Assembly (NCBI GenBank): GCA_951406725.2
Contig: OX597833.1
Location: forward strand, 36,022,001-36,086,000
Reading direction: 5' to 3'
Length of the DNA: 64,000 nucleotides
DNA from: Octopus vulgaris
Lineage: Eukaryota
The position numbers and the translations under genes were made by a program. Under the pieces are notes generated by a model. It did no database searches. It saw only the letters and a list, made by a program, of their open reading frames with translations, and was not told the DNA's origin. Positions 43,395 to 56,085 of this stretch are shown in pieces (within the stretch, counting starts at the first letter, position 1; each line of letters opens with the position of its first letter).

Positions 43395-43506
43395 TATATA
43401 TATGTATATTTATGTATGGTTATATATATATATACATATACATAAATATATACATAAATGTAAGTATCTCTCTCTATCTATCTATCTAACTCTTTCTATA
43501 TATATA

Positions 43507-43553
<47 letters not shown>

Positions 43554-43590
43554 ACGTATATTGATATATGTATACATATATATACATATG

Positions 43591-43675
<85 letters not shown>

Positions 43676-43886
43676 CAAGTTCCTCTTTAAGAGCACGTGT
43701 GTTTGAAAAGGTTAAACGAAAGCGCTCACACACTAGGAAAAACTTCCCCCAAAAAGTTAGTAACATCTTCATAAAAGATCATAACAATTTTTAAAAATTC
43801 TTTTAAATATCACCTTTACACTTCAAAATCTGTATTAAGTAATTCTCATGGACTTTCAAATACACACACACGTATATATATGTATG

Positions 43887-43975
<89 letters not shown>

Positions 43976-43986
43976 ATATATATATA

Positions 43987-44315
43987 CACTACCGTCAGAA
44001 ATTAATTAGCACCCTTGATTTGCTCTTCACTCAAGGTATGTGCTGTCACCTAGTGGCCATATCTCGAACTATTGCTTTGTTGCGAGTTCACTGTTGCGCA
44101 GAACGATGACGTAACTTTGTTTGCAGAGCAGTTTGAGAGTCTACAGCCTTATGATGTTGACATAGCAGTGCAACAAATTGGAGTGCGGATGCAGACAAAT
44201 CTTCCTTTGTTTAATAGATATAGGTAGCGCCTCGCAAGGACCGAAATCACACCATACTATTTAACCTATTTAATGTAGAAATTTGAGAAGTGCTAATTAA
44301 TTTCTGACGCAAGTG
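43987..44315. mobile_element. Tc1-like MITE with about 24-bp TIRs and TA TSD
   Basis: TA|CACTACCGTCAGAAATTAATTAGCAC ... GTGCTAATTAATTTCTGACGCAAGTG|TA. Confidence 0.85.
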
Positions 44316-44949
44316 TATATAGTTATAAACGACGAAAGAAATAGCATGATAAATTGTTTTGTTACTGAAAGTATGTAAAGAAGATTCATATAATAATGAA
44401 TAAATTACATACATGCCTACATTAATGGCAAAAATCTTTTTGTAGAACAATACATTAAGGAGCTTTTTGGTGGGAACTACCGGATACACACACGCACACA
44501 CAAGTCATTTGTTCATAAATTTTTATGTCCTTGTGTCGATATCAGAAAACACTTTTAACACACAGTAATATTTCGTGTGGCATTCCAATTTGGGTAACTG
44601 GCAGGCTTGTCTCTGTTGAGCGAAGTGCCTTGAGGTATTTGCCTTCCGAGTACGACTGAAAGAGCATTGATTCTAAGTTATACTCACCGATGTCTTTCTG
44701 CAAGGCAACACCGTCAATGCATAGAACCGATAGTTGCATGTACGGACAATCATTAGTTTTTCCTTAGAGAAACCTTGCTCCTGACCTCCTGCTTCCAGGA
44801 GACGAACTTATGAAGTCTGGGCCAAACATGATTAGCCCTAACCGACAGATGACTTAGATAATAAAATGTGTTCAAAGCTCTATACCTACGCGAGAAAACT
44901 GCGTTTTTTTTTCTAAATTGCAAAATGAGTGGATAAATTTAGAACCACA

Positions 44950-45105
44950 TGAGTAGCTGTGTGGTAAGTAGCTTGCTTACGAACCACATGGTTCCCGGTT
45001 CAGTCCCACTACGTGGCACTTTGGGAAAGTGTCTTCTACTAAAGCCTTGGGCCGACCAAAGCCTTGTGAATGGATTTGGTAGGCGGAAACTGAAAGAAGC
45101 CCGTC

Positions 45106-45148
<43 letters not shown>

Positions 45149-45424
45149 GATATATATGTGTGTATGTGTGTGTATATATATATATATATGTGTGTGTGTG
45201 CATGTGTGTGTGTGTGTGTGTCTGTGTTTGTCCCCCCAACATCACTTGACAATCGATGCTGGTGTATTTACATCCCGGTAACTTAGCGGTTCGGCAAAAG
45301 AGACCGATAGAATCAGTACTAGGCTTACAAAGAATAAGTCTTGGGGTCGACTTGCTCGACTAAAGGCGGTGCTCCAGCATGGCCGCAGTCAAATGACTGA
45401 AACAAGTAAAAGAGTAAAAGAGTA
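44950..45424 (+). mobile_element. SINE family A, full length
   Basis: GAGTAGCTGTGTGGTAAG ... (TA)n(TG)n ... AAGTAAAAGAGTAAAAGAGTA. Confidence 0.92.
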
Positions 45425-45529
45425 ACCAGTTACTGTTGTTCTTGTTGTTGGTACTTATCCACACATCAGCCCTGATCGAGTAGACTTATAAAACGTATTT
45501 CAGGATTAGTATCATATATAGTTTAAATT

Positions 45530-45720
45530 GGGAAGGTGCGTGGCTTAGTGGTTAGAGTATTCGGCTCAAAAGTATTGTGTCTTTAAGTAAGACACTTTAT
45601 TTCACGTTGCTCCAGTCCATTAAGCTGGCCAAAATGAGTAGTACCTGTATTTCAAAAGACCATTCTTGTCACTCTGTGTCATGCTGAATCTCCCGGAGAA
45701 CTACGTTAAGAGTACAGGTT
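45530..45720 (+). mobile_element. CORE-like SINE family C, deleted
   Basis: GAAGGTGCGTGGCTTAGTGGTTAGAG...AAGACACTTTATTTCACGTTGCTCCAGTCCA. Confidence 0.75.
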
Positions 45721-46231
45721 TCTTAACCGACGGAGTGCCACTATATATAGTTTAGCATGGACTATAGTACTCAGTGATTCCTTATAAGATAGGGTTTTGT
45801 TCCAAAAGTGACTTGGCTACACTCTGTAACAGGATCAACGATCAAGAGGACTTTCTTTTAGATTAATTCAATCATTTGCACCCAACATCTACATTATTTT
45901 TTTATTGTGTCTGTGCATAAAAATTAATATTAAAACCCTCGGTCAGCTTTGCTATTCATCCACGGTAAAAGACCAGTTGAATTCTGAGATTGTTACAATT
46001 GGTTACCTCAGCCAAAATACGGAAACTTGTGCCTTCCAAGTTCACTTCCTGCCAAGGACGAAGGAATCAACAAAGCAAATATGGATATTATGCACTATAG
46101 TTAATCTACTCAAAGCTACACTTATGCTCTTCAGAGAATGTCTTACAGAGCAAGAAGCAATAATTATGCACTGAAATATATATCATTCTGTCATGAACTA
46201 ATCAACCCCCATATATTCTTCAGTCACACAA

Positions 46232-46264
<33 letters not shown>

Positions 46265-46438
46265 GAAACAAACACACAGACACACACACACACACATACA
46301 CACAAACACACACACATATATATATATTCATATACATATGCTCCAGCATGGCCTCAGTCAAATGTGTAAAGTATAAAGAAAGGAGAAAATACAAGCGTAG
46401 ACGATCTTTTAATACAAAGTTGTACAAATCCAATAAAG

Positions 46439-46530
46439 ATTCTACGAGTTGTTTCCAAGCCTAACTAATTCCAAAACAAAACGAAAAATTAATCCTTTTG
46501 AATTCACAAATTAGGCTTTTCTTCAGGAAT
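46439..46530 (-). ncRNA. type I hammerhead ribozyme motif with long stem II
   Basis: ATTC-CTGAAGA-A-AAGCCTAA...TTAGGCTT-G-GAAA-C(AACTC)G-TA-GAAT. It has a full core, a GUA triplet and stem I ATTC/GAAT. Confidence 0.7.
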
Positions 46531-46628
46531 TCATTATTGGAATGAATGGGTTCAACCAACAAAAATATAAGACCTATAATAGCCCAGAAAGGAACAAATA
46601 TCCCTTTGAAGGATTTTGGTCCATACTT

Positions 46629-46669
<41 letters not shown>

Positions 46670-47250
46670 AACGATATTATTTCCAAAATTAATAACAATA
46701 GTCGCCGCGAGCGGAAAACCGGTGTACGCAAATTGATAATTATATATAATATATTTAAATGTCTATATACTTAAATGGCAATTTCTGTCTGTTTCTGGCT
46801 CTGTGTGTGCGTGAATTTGTGAATTTGTTACTTTAACTAGTCCGAGACAATCCAACCGATCTTCATGAAACGTGACACGTGTGGGGGGGGCTTATGCTCA
46901 TGCGGTCACTTAAGCACTTGGAATTTTAAAAAAAAAAATCGATAACCTTTAATCAGCATTGATTAAATCAATAGGACATTTCAATGCAAATTTTCATATG
47001 AATGTCATTTTCTGCTATAACTTTTAAAGTTTTCAACTGATTTTCTTGAAATTTTATACACAGATGGAATATGCGCTAAGGATGGGAAATAAATTTTTAC
47101 CTAGGCCACTCAAACAAAGCGTAAAATGATCCCTGATTAACTGATTAACGAAATTTGGCTTAAATTGTTGTGTGGTTAAAACGTTCATCAACATTTCCCG
47201 TATATATGTATATATATAAATGTATATATATAGACGTATATATATAGATG

Positions 47251-47330
<80 letters not shown>

Positions 47331-47340
47331 TGTATATATT

Positions 47341-47595
47341 TGTAGATTGGCTATGTCCATTCCGGTATCACTCTTGATGCTGTCAAGCCAGCGGGTTCTT
47401 GGTCGGCCTCTTCCTCTCTTGCCACTGACCATTCCGAGCATGATGTCCTTCTCCAGGGATTTTCTCCGCATAATATAACCGAAATATGCCAATCTATGCT
47501 TGGTGATCCTAGCTTCTAGCGGCATTTTCGGCCTGATCTGCTTAAGAACTTCTCCATTGGTGAGCCTCGCTGTCCATGGAATCCGTAAAGTCTTC
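47341..47595 (-). mobile_element. RTE-clade LINE ORF C-terminal fragment
   Basis: [18 protein letters not shown]...[41 protein letters not shown]. Confidence 0.92.
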
Positions 47596-47647
47596 TCCAA
47601 CACCAAAGCCATGTGAGCGAATTTGGTAGACGTCGTATATATATACC

Positions 47648-48036
47648 CTTTTACTGTTTTACTCCTTTAATTGTTTCAGTCATTTGACTGCGGCTGCATG
47701 CTGGAGCACCGTCTTTAGTATTCTTTGTAAGCCTGTAGTACTTTTTCTATCGGTCTCTTTTGCCGAACCGCTAAGTTACGGGGACATAAACACACCAGCA
47801 TCCCCCTAGCAATGCTAGGGGGACAAACACAGACACACAAACATACACACACACATACATATATATACATATACACGGCAAGCTTCTTTCAGTTTCCGTC
47901 TACCAAATCCACTCACAAGGCATTGGTCGGCCCGGAGCTATAGCAGAAGACACTTGCCCAAGATGCCACGCAGTGGGACTGAACCCGGAACCATGTGGTT
48001 GGTTAGCAAGCTACTTACCACACAGCCACTCCTGCG

Positions 48037-48038
<2 letters not shown>
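47648..48038 (-). mobile_element. SINE family A
   Basis: TGTTTCAGTCATTTGACTGCGG ... CACAGCCACTCCTGCGCC. Confidence 0.9.
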
Positions 48039-48086
<48 letters not shown>

Positions 48087-48124
48087 TTTATTTATATATA
48101 TATATGTATGTGTGTGCGTGTGTA

Positions 48125-48478
48125 TATATGTTTGTGTATGTGTTTGTACCTCCATCATCTACTGATAGAATGAGTACTAGGCTTACAAAGAATAAGTCCT
48201 AGGGTCGATTTGCACGACTAAAGGTGGTGCTCCAGCATACTATAGCCTCAGTGGATTTCGTACACGGAAACTGAAAGAAGCCTGACGTATATATGTGTAT
48301 ATTTGTGTGTGTAAGTGTGTGTGTTTGTGTTTGTACCCCAATCATCGCTTGACAGCCGATGATGCTGTTTTTACGTCCCGTAACTTATCCGTTTGGCAAA
48401 ACACACCGATAGAATAAGTACTAGGCTTACAAAGAATAAATCCTGGCCGCAGTCACGTGACTGAAACAAGTAAAACAA
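48125..48478 (+). mobile_element. SINE family A fragments, rearranged
   Basis: Two partial 3' halves carrying GGCTTACAAAGAATAA and GACTGAAACAAGTAAAA. Confidence 0.75.
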
Positions 48479-48683
48479 TAGAAAAACTAAGCTATTTTAA
48501 TCCCGAGCAACGCCGGGTATCTCTGATAGTATTTATATATATATACTAGGGTACTACACAAGCACCTGATTCATTAAAAATAGAAGTCAAAATACTTCTA
48601 AGCCAAAATAGTTCTAGGAAAAAAAATTTAGTGAACAAGAATGGCGTCTTCCACCAACGATGGAGGAGGAATGTCAGTTAATT

Positions 48684-48736
<53 letters not shown>

Positions 48737-48934
48737 AATTATTACATTATATAAAAGGGCTTAGTAAAATAATTTACTTTGCCGCATACTGAACTCATTA
48801 GAAATAGCAGCTAAAAAAACTTTTTTAAAACTATCTCCAATACTTAAAGAAAATCTCTCGTATAGTGTTTGCTCAATTCAACTCACGAAAGTATGAGGGT
48901 AGAGACATTAAAAAATCAAATGCAAAAGGTTATT

Positions 48935-48986
48935 TGAGAACGTACGTTTCAAGATTAGTCAAATCGACACTTCTATCATCAGCTCA
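48935..48986 (-). ncRNA. type I hammerhead ribozyme, copy 1
   Basis: TGAG-CTGATGA-TAGAAGTGTCGATTTGACTAATCTT-GAAA-CGTACG-TT-CTCA on the minus strand. Confidence 0.75.
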
Positions 48987-49500
48987 GAACTCTCTGGTTT
49001 GGATTTGAAAACACTGAAAGCGGGAGCATACCCTTTCGGCCTGTTATCGCTTCTGAAGATCTGTTCAAAACTAACAGTGTTAGCAAATTCAAATATGCAA
49101 ACGAAGAATTTCTGCTCTTCCCCTTTCCACCAGCGTGGGTTAAAATCAGCAAACATTATGCTTTTTTTCGGTAAAATCCGAGGCATTATATAGAGAGAGA
49201 TGAATTATAATTTCAACAATTGAGGGTAAAATTAATTAATTAATCAATTTCACCAAGTATTCAGTATACAAAGGGACCATTTAAGGCGAATTCAAATTAT
49301 TACATTATATGCTAAAAGTGGGCTTAGTAAAATACGCACTTTGCCGTATACTGAATTTCATTACCGAAATAGCAGCTAAAAAAACTTTTTTAAAACTATC
49401 TCCAATACTTAAAGAAAATCTCTCTCGTATAGTGTTTGCTCAATTCAACTCACGAAAGTATGAGGGTAGAGACATTAAAAAATCAAATGCAAAGGTTATT

Positions 49501-49552
49501 TGAGAACGTACGTTTCAAGATTAGTCAAATCGACACTTCTATCATCAGCTCA
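49501..49552 (-). ncRNA. type I hammerhead ribozyme, copy 2
   Basis: Same 52-nt motif as copy 1. Confidence 0.75.
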
Positions 49553-49706
49553 GAACTCTGTGGTTTGGATTTGAAAACACTGAAAGCGGGAGCATACCCT
49601 TTGAATTTGCTAACACTGTTAGTTTTGAACAGATCTTCAGAAGCGATAACAGGCCGAAAGGGTATGCTCCCGCTTTCAGTGTTTTCAAATCCAAACCAGG
49701 GAGTTC

Positions 49707-49758
49707 TGAGCTGATGATAGAAGTGTCGATTTGACTAATCTTGAAACGTACGTTCTCA
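49707..49758 (+). ncRNA. type I hammerhead ribozyme, copy 3
   Basis: TGAG-CTGATGA-...-GAAA-CGTACG-TT-CTCA. Stem I is TGAG/CTCA, stem III is palindromic ACGTACGT and the triplet is GUU. Confidence 0.75.
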
Positions 49759-50038
49759 AATAACCTTTGCATTTGATTTTTTAATGTCTCTACCTCATAC
49801 TTTCGTGAGTTGAATTGAGCAAACACTATACGAGAGAGATTTTCTTTAAGTATTGGAGATAGTTTTAAAAAAGTTTTTTTAGCTGCTATTTCTAATGAGT
49901 TCAGTATGCAAAGTAATTTATTTTACTAAGCCCTTTTATATAATGTAATAATTTGAATTCGCCTTAAATGGTCCCTTTGTATACTGAATACTTGGTGAAA
50001 TTGATTAATTAATTAATTTTACCCTCAATTGTTGAAAT

Positions 50039-50166
<128 letters not shown>

Positions 50167-50207
50167 TACGTGTGTCTGTGTGTGTGCGCATGCGCGTGTG
50201 ATATATG

Positions 50208-50250
<43 letters not shown>

Positions 50251-50479
50251 ACATAGCATTATTTTCCTGCGACGAAAACAGCTGAGGCAGCATTTTTAAC
50301 ACGTCTGGGTCTTCACGCCAAACTCGGAGACACGAGAAGTGTTAAAAAATGTTTCTTGAGATGTTTTCATAGCAGGAAACTAATATTAGCTCATAAAAAT
50401 ATGCACTGTGTTTACTAAAGAATATTTATCTCTCATCAGATCTCGTACTCTTCTGTTGATCTTACCATCGCGGAACAGT

Positions 50480-50514
<35 letters not shown>

Positions 50515-50571
50515 GATATAAACCGTAAAAAGTCAGATATAACCACTAGTCATCCTTAGGATTACGTCCGT

Positions 50572-50671
50572 NNNNNNNNNNNNNNNNNNNNNNNNNNNNN
50601 NNNNNNNNNNNNNNNNNNNNNNNNNNNNNNNNNNNNNNNNNNNNNNNNNNNNNNNNNNNNNNNNNNNNNNN
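50572..50671. other. assembly gap (100 N)
   Basis: Run of N. Confidence 1.
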
Positions 50672-50863
50672 TTCGCAGGTTTCTGCGGGTTATAATAGTT
50701 TCAGTGCATAATAAATTATCTTATATCTTTGCATTAATATACATGCTACGCATTATACAATACAGTTATATATTCACCCATTAGTGCAGAAAAATAAAGC
50801 TGGCCCATCATGGTTACACCAACGTTTCTGTAATAACCACGTGATTCTATGAATCCATATGTA

Positions 50864-51081
50864 CGAGGAGGTGCTGAAAAGTTCTTGGCTTCGGATAAAA
50901 GAAAATACAGGAAGTTCAGTTTATTGTCATTTTATTCAACATACTCCTCTATCAGATTCACACACTTATTGCAGCGGTCCTTCAGTTTTTCTAAGCCCTG
51001 TAAAAGAACTCGGAAGTTTGGTCCTCCAAACCAGGCTTTTCGCGATATCCTTAAAGCCAGGAAATTTTCAGCATTCCCTCG
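50864..51081. mobile_element. mariner-derived MITE
   Basis: TA|CGAGGAGGTGCTGAAAAGTTCTTGGCTT ... AAGCCAGGAAATTTTCAGCATTCCCTCG|TA. Confidence 0.85.
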
Positions 51082-51084
51082 TAT

Positions 51085-51169
<85 letters not shown>

Positions 51170-51994
51170 CAGACAGACATTTTCATACATTATATGCAGC
51201 ATGTGTACATATACGCCGGACCCTCGACTTCTTGATATAGTTGTGCCGTCGGGGCATACACAGCATGTTGTGGACAGTTTTAGATCTGGTGGAAGCCGTC
51301 TTTCTCTCGGTTTAAACGCATCTGATTTCTTCCAGAAGAGAAGAGAGACGAAGTTAAACAAATGGAAAGATAGAGAAGAAGCACAACCAATTCTGCACTG
51401 GTACTTTATTTACAGAACTCGAAAGGATAAAAGTGAAATTCGACCTCGGCAAGATTTGACCAACAGCATAGGGAACTGCAGCTAAGAATCTCAGTTAACA
51501 AGGAATAAACCATTCCTTTTTCTTGCTATTGATTATTTCAAGTATGTTATTTCTGATAAGTGTCTTATTAACCATCAAAAGTTAATATGTTCCCCTTTGT
51601 CCATCAGGCTATTTCTAAATTAGTTCTTTAAAAAAACATTTTTATTCACCATTTCATATTTTGAATTTACCTTTTCGTTTTTACTCCTGATTCCTCTCAT
51701 AACAGTGTTTTAATTTTTTCAAGTTGAATAGACCCTGTGTTCAGAGGTCGAAGACTGGAGATGCAAGGTGCGTTATAAAAACTTGCTTGGACCTGCACCT
51801 CCAATGCAAGAAGCTATCAGTGTCTCGTCTTTATACTGTATACATTAATTTATATTTCTCTCTCACTGAGTTTTTGTTGATCTTATTTCATGGAACAGTA
51901 AACTACATACATACATACATACATACATACATACATACATACATACATACATACATACATACTACGTAAATATATATATATATATATATATACA

Positions 51995-53109
51995 AAGTTT
52001 GAATTGTTTCCAAAGGATTTTTTGTCCATTCTTCAGCTAAAACAGTCTCCAGTTCTTGTATTGACTCCTTACTTGTTTTTTCTAAAATGCACCATAAATG
52101 TTCAATAATATTGAGATCTGGGGACTGTGGTGGCCAGATAGGACGTTCAACTTCTCTAGAATGATCCTCGTGCCATTCAGTAACAACTTTAGGTGTGTGA
52201 ATTGTGCATTATCATCCTGAAAGATTGTGTTTCCCTCCAGAAATAGTTCCGCAAACATAGGATGAATTGGATCAGATAAAAAGCTTAAATAGTCTTGACT
52301 ATTAAGGGAAACCATTACGTCGGCGGATTTCCAAGATATAGCCCCCCAGATCATCACAGATCCTCCTCCATGTTTAACAGTTGGAAGAAGGCAGTCTGGG
52401 TCAAATGTTTCTTTTGGCTGTCTCCACACGTATACTCGGCCAGTGGTCGGAAATAAGATAAAGGATGACTCATCCGAGAAAATAACATTCTTCCACTTCT
52501 CTAAGGACCAATTCTGAAGGTTTTTACTTCTCTCTTAACGCTTTGCAACATTTGTTTTCGAAAGTAGTGGTTTTCTGATTGCTGCCCTCCTGTGAAATCC
52601 GGCTTTGTGCAGCTCTCGACGAACAGTTTTCGTGAAAACTGAGTTCTCGAGGTGGTCATTAAGCTCTGCAGTAATTTTGGGAGCTGTACTTTTGTGATCC
52701 TTTCTAACACAAGAGTCCGACGGTCCCTATCTGAAAGTTTTGGCTTTCTTCCGGAGTTTTGTTTCGACGAGGAGGTTTTTCCCTCTTTCTCAAAGGCTGT
52801 CATTACTTTCGAGACAGTACTTCTTGAAACACCAAATATTTCGGCTGTTTTCATTACGCTAGCGCCTACCATACGAGTACCAACAATGTGACTTCTTTGA
52901 AAGTCCGATACATCTGTCATTTTAATGAATTTTAATTACCTTTTTCTGATGATATCTTAAGAGAAACAGCAATTTTAGCAAAACATATTAAAGAACACTT
53001 ATAATAAATCAAAAAACCTAAAACTAAACAAGCTTTTGACGGTTTTATAGATATTTCAAAATTATGATGCTATGATGCTAGGTGTTTCCATTATTTAGTC
53101 GAACCCTTG
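51995..53109 (-). mobile_element. Tc1-family transposon remnant, frameshifted
   Basis: MTDVSDFQRSHIVG...FGVSRSTVSKV...GRKPKLSDRDRR and VWRQPKETFDPDCLLPTVKHGGGSVMIWGAISW...IFQDDNA. One TIR ...AACCCTTG|TA is present. Confidence 0.92.
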
Positions 53110-53113
53110 TATA

Positions 53114-53197
<84 letters not shown>

Positions 53198-53499
53198 CAT
53201 ATATATTATATGTATGTATATATGAAGTATAAATATTCATACATGCATACATTCATACATACATGTGTGTATGTAATGCACGTGCGTATATATGCACTTA
53301 TGTGTATATATTGATGGACAAACAAATAGATGATAGATAGATAGACCGATAGATAGATGCATATGTAAAAATAATATATAATTTAAAATAATTTTTAAGA
53401 TCAGCAACCGAGCATTAACTGATAGTTTGGCTGTGTGAAGTCCCAAACTAATCATTGAAATATGTGCGCGCGCATGCGCATGTGTATTTGTATGCATTA

Positions 53500-53537
<38 letters not shown>

Positions 53538-53844
53538 TATAGATATACACATATTTGATTGTGTGTGAATGTGTATATGTGAATATAAATGCGTGTAAGT
53601 ATCCCTTTGTGCATGTATGTATCTACGTATATATCTACGTACCTACACAGATATATATAATTCTACAGTCATGGTAACGTATAAGAAGAACAACACTGGA
53701 ATATGGCACCAAAGGTTCGTGATTTCGATTTTGTCATGTTTATTTTAACAATAATTATTTCGAAGCATTAAGCACTGCCATGCCTGTCAAGGAGAACTTT
53801 CTAAACACATATCATTCAATATCTAATATATAATACAAAGCCAC

Positions 53845-53985
53845 AAGCTGATAGAATGGTTAGTGCACCGGGAAAATGCTTAGCGGCATTTCGTCCATCT
53901 TTACATTTCTTCGCCCTTCATCCTTTTGATGTAATCAACTTACCCTTCCCCGAAATTGCTGGCTTTGTGCCAAAATTTGAGACCA
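53845..53985 (+). mobile_element. SINE family B, deleted
   Basis: AGCTGATAGAATGGTTAGTGCACCGGGAAAATGCTTAGCGGCATTTCGTC. Confidence 0.7.
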
Positions 53986-54486
53986 ATTTTTTTTGTTTTA
54001 GTGAATTTTTACATGGTGATTTTATAGAACGCATAAATTATCTCTTTTTAAGAATATGATTTCTAGCTTTGTTTTAAAATCTATTTGGCGAAGAGAAAAA
54101 GTCCTGCTAGAAAAAATATGATGGCTCGCGATTAAGACTTAGTAGAGTTTCAGTTACCCAGAACCAACCCATTCTTTTTCTCACCATTGATTATTCCAAA
54201 TATGTTACTTCTGACAAATGGCTTTTTTTAGTTATCAAAAATTAATATGCGACTTGTGTCAAGCAGGTTATTTCTAAATCGCTTCCTTATTTTAAGCTAT
54301 TACTGAATAAGATTGAGTGAAGCAATCATTCAATAGATATAATAAATACACTTATACATAAATACACTTGTACATGGTATACATTTATTATACATGGTAT
54401 AATAGATACACTTATAAGCGTATTGTTTAATATATACTTTATGTCAGTATGTTCCTGCATGTGTCTCCTAGTTAGCGTTTAATATA

Positions 54487-55050
54487 TTGGGTTTCCGGAA
54501 AGGTCGTGCTGATTTTTAAAGGAAAGAAAAAGGTAAATAAATATTTGCCATTACATTTTTAATCAAACAAATATGAACCATTTTGTTGCACAATGTGTCT
54601 CCATCTTTCCTTTAACTTGAAAATACCCTCTTCCCAGAACTGAGTGGTTTCATGGCAGAGAATTCATCAAGGTATCTTTTTACGTCATCCAAGGAATTGA
54701 AATTTTTACCATTAAGACTATTCTGCATAGACCTGAATAAGTGAAAATTCAAAGGAGCAATATCTGGTGAATATGGAGGGTGGAGTAACACATCCCAGCC
54801 GAGCTGCAGCAATTTTTGTCTGGTTCCCAAAGCATCAAGTGCCGAAAATGAACTTTCTTATTTTCCATTTTAAAGGGTTACAGAATTAACACAGGTTATA
54901 AGAACATAAACCTTCTTCCAGGAAAAGATAGCTTAAACTGTGCCTTAAATGGTGGTGTAGTCAAATCCTATTTTATGGAGTCAAACATGTTCTAAAATAA
55001 GTCGAAAGGTAAGCTACTATAAATCGGCACGAACTTTCCGGACAACCCAA
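54487..55050 (-). mobile_element. internally deleted mariner element with TIRs
   Basis: TTGGGTTTCCGGAAAGGTCGTGCTGATTT ... AAATCGGCACGAACTTTCCGGACAACCCAA. Peptide TRQKLLQLGWDVLLHPPYSPDIAP..FHLFRSMQNSL. Confidence 0.9.
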
Positions 55051-55070
55051 CACTTTCCGTATCACAAATC

Positions 55071-55285
55071 GGTGAGCTGGCAGAACCGTTAGCACGCTGG
55101 ACAAAATGTTCAGTGGCATCTCTTCCGTCTTTATATTCTGAATTCAAATTCCGTCAAGGTCGACTATGTATTTCATCCTTTCGGGGATTGATAAAATAAA
55201 TATCATTACCGCACTGGCGTCGATACAATCGACTTATCCTATCCCCTGAATTTGCTGGCCTTGTGCTAAAACTTTGAAACCAATA
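55071..55285 (+). mobile_element. SINE family B
   Basis: GGTGAGCTGGCAGAACCGTTAGCACGC...TTCAAATTCCGTCAAGGTCGAC...TTTCATCCTTTCGGGG. Confidence 0.85.
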
Positions 55286-55719
55286 TACTTTCTGTACTAG
55301 TCTCATGTTCTGTGTTCCTCTTTTGGTCTAATATATTTTCTATGCCAACCAATTCGGTTCGTAGTAAAATGATCGCTACCATACTTGATGTAATAGGCAA
55401 AAAAATATTTTAATTGATCAAACATTTTATGAGAACAAGTCATAATCTTAGTAAATATTTTTGGTCATAGAAGACAAGGAATTAGTCATTTATATTTGAT
55501 TAATTGGAAATAGAATGCGGCAGGACGGAAAGAGAATGCAGCAGTCATCTTTTGCAATGCAATGACAAGTCGGATATGTTTTAGCCTTATTAGACCTCAT
55601 CAGCACAGCTTAGTCTAAACGTTGCTGCCAGACTTTGGATGAGTAGGGATGTATATTGATAATTTTGTGAAGATTCCCAGGGTCGCTTTCTTTAATAATT
55701 TTCTTTTTTTTTACATTAA

Positions 55720-56085
55720 CTTTAGTCGAGCAAATCGACCCCAGGACTTATTCTTTGTAAGCCTAGTACTTATTCTATCGGCCACTTTTGTCGAACCGCT
55801 AACTTACGGGGACGTAAACACACCATCATCGGTTGTCAAGCGATGTTGAGGGGACAAACACAGACACACAAACGTATACACACACACACACACACACACA
55901 TGCATATATATACATATATACGACGGGCTTCTTTCAGTTTCCGTCTACCAAATCCACTCACAAGGCTTTGGTCGGCCCGAAGCTATAGTAGAAGACACTT
56001 GCCCATGGTGCCACGCAGTGGGACTGAACCCGGAACCATGTGGTTGGTAAGCAAGCTACTTACGACACAGCCACTCCTACGCCCG
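55720..56085 (-). mobile_element. SINE family A
   Basis: TTTAGTCGAGCAAATCGACCCCAGGACTTATTC ... CACAGCCACTCCTACGCC. Confidence 0.9.

Larger units (their letters stand above)
46762..48529 (+). mobile_element. non-autonomous Helitron-like element with nested inserts
   Basis: 5' end TCTATATACTTAAATGGCAATTTCTGTCTGT. 3' hairpin CCCGAGCAACGCCGGG is followed by TATCTCTGATAG|T, a CTAG variant. The pairing of the two ends is inferred. Confidence 0.6.

Noticed and set aside
48959-49826. ORFs of 64-93 aa in the triplicated element
   Set aside because: They are short, differ between near-identical copies by frameshifts, and carry no RT or endonuclease motifs.
50400-50445. Minus-strand CTGATGAG hammerhead candidate
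   Set aside because: No GAAA at a suitable position and stems do not form.
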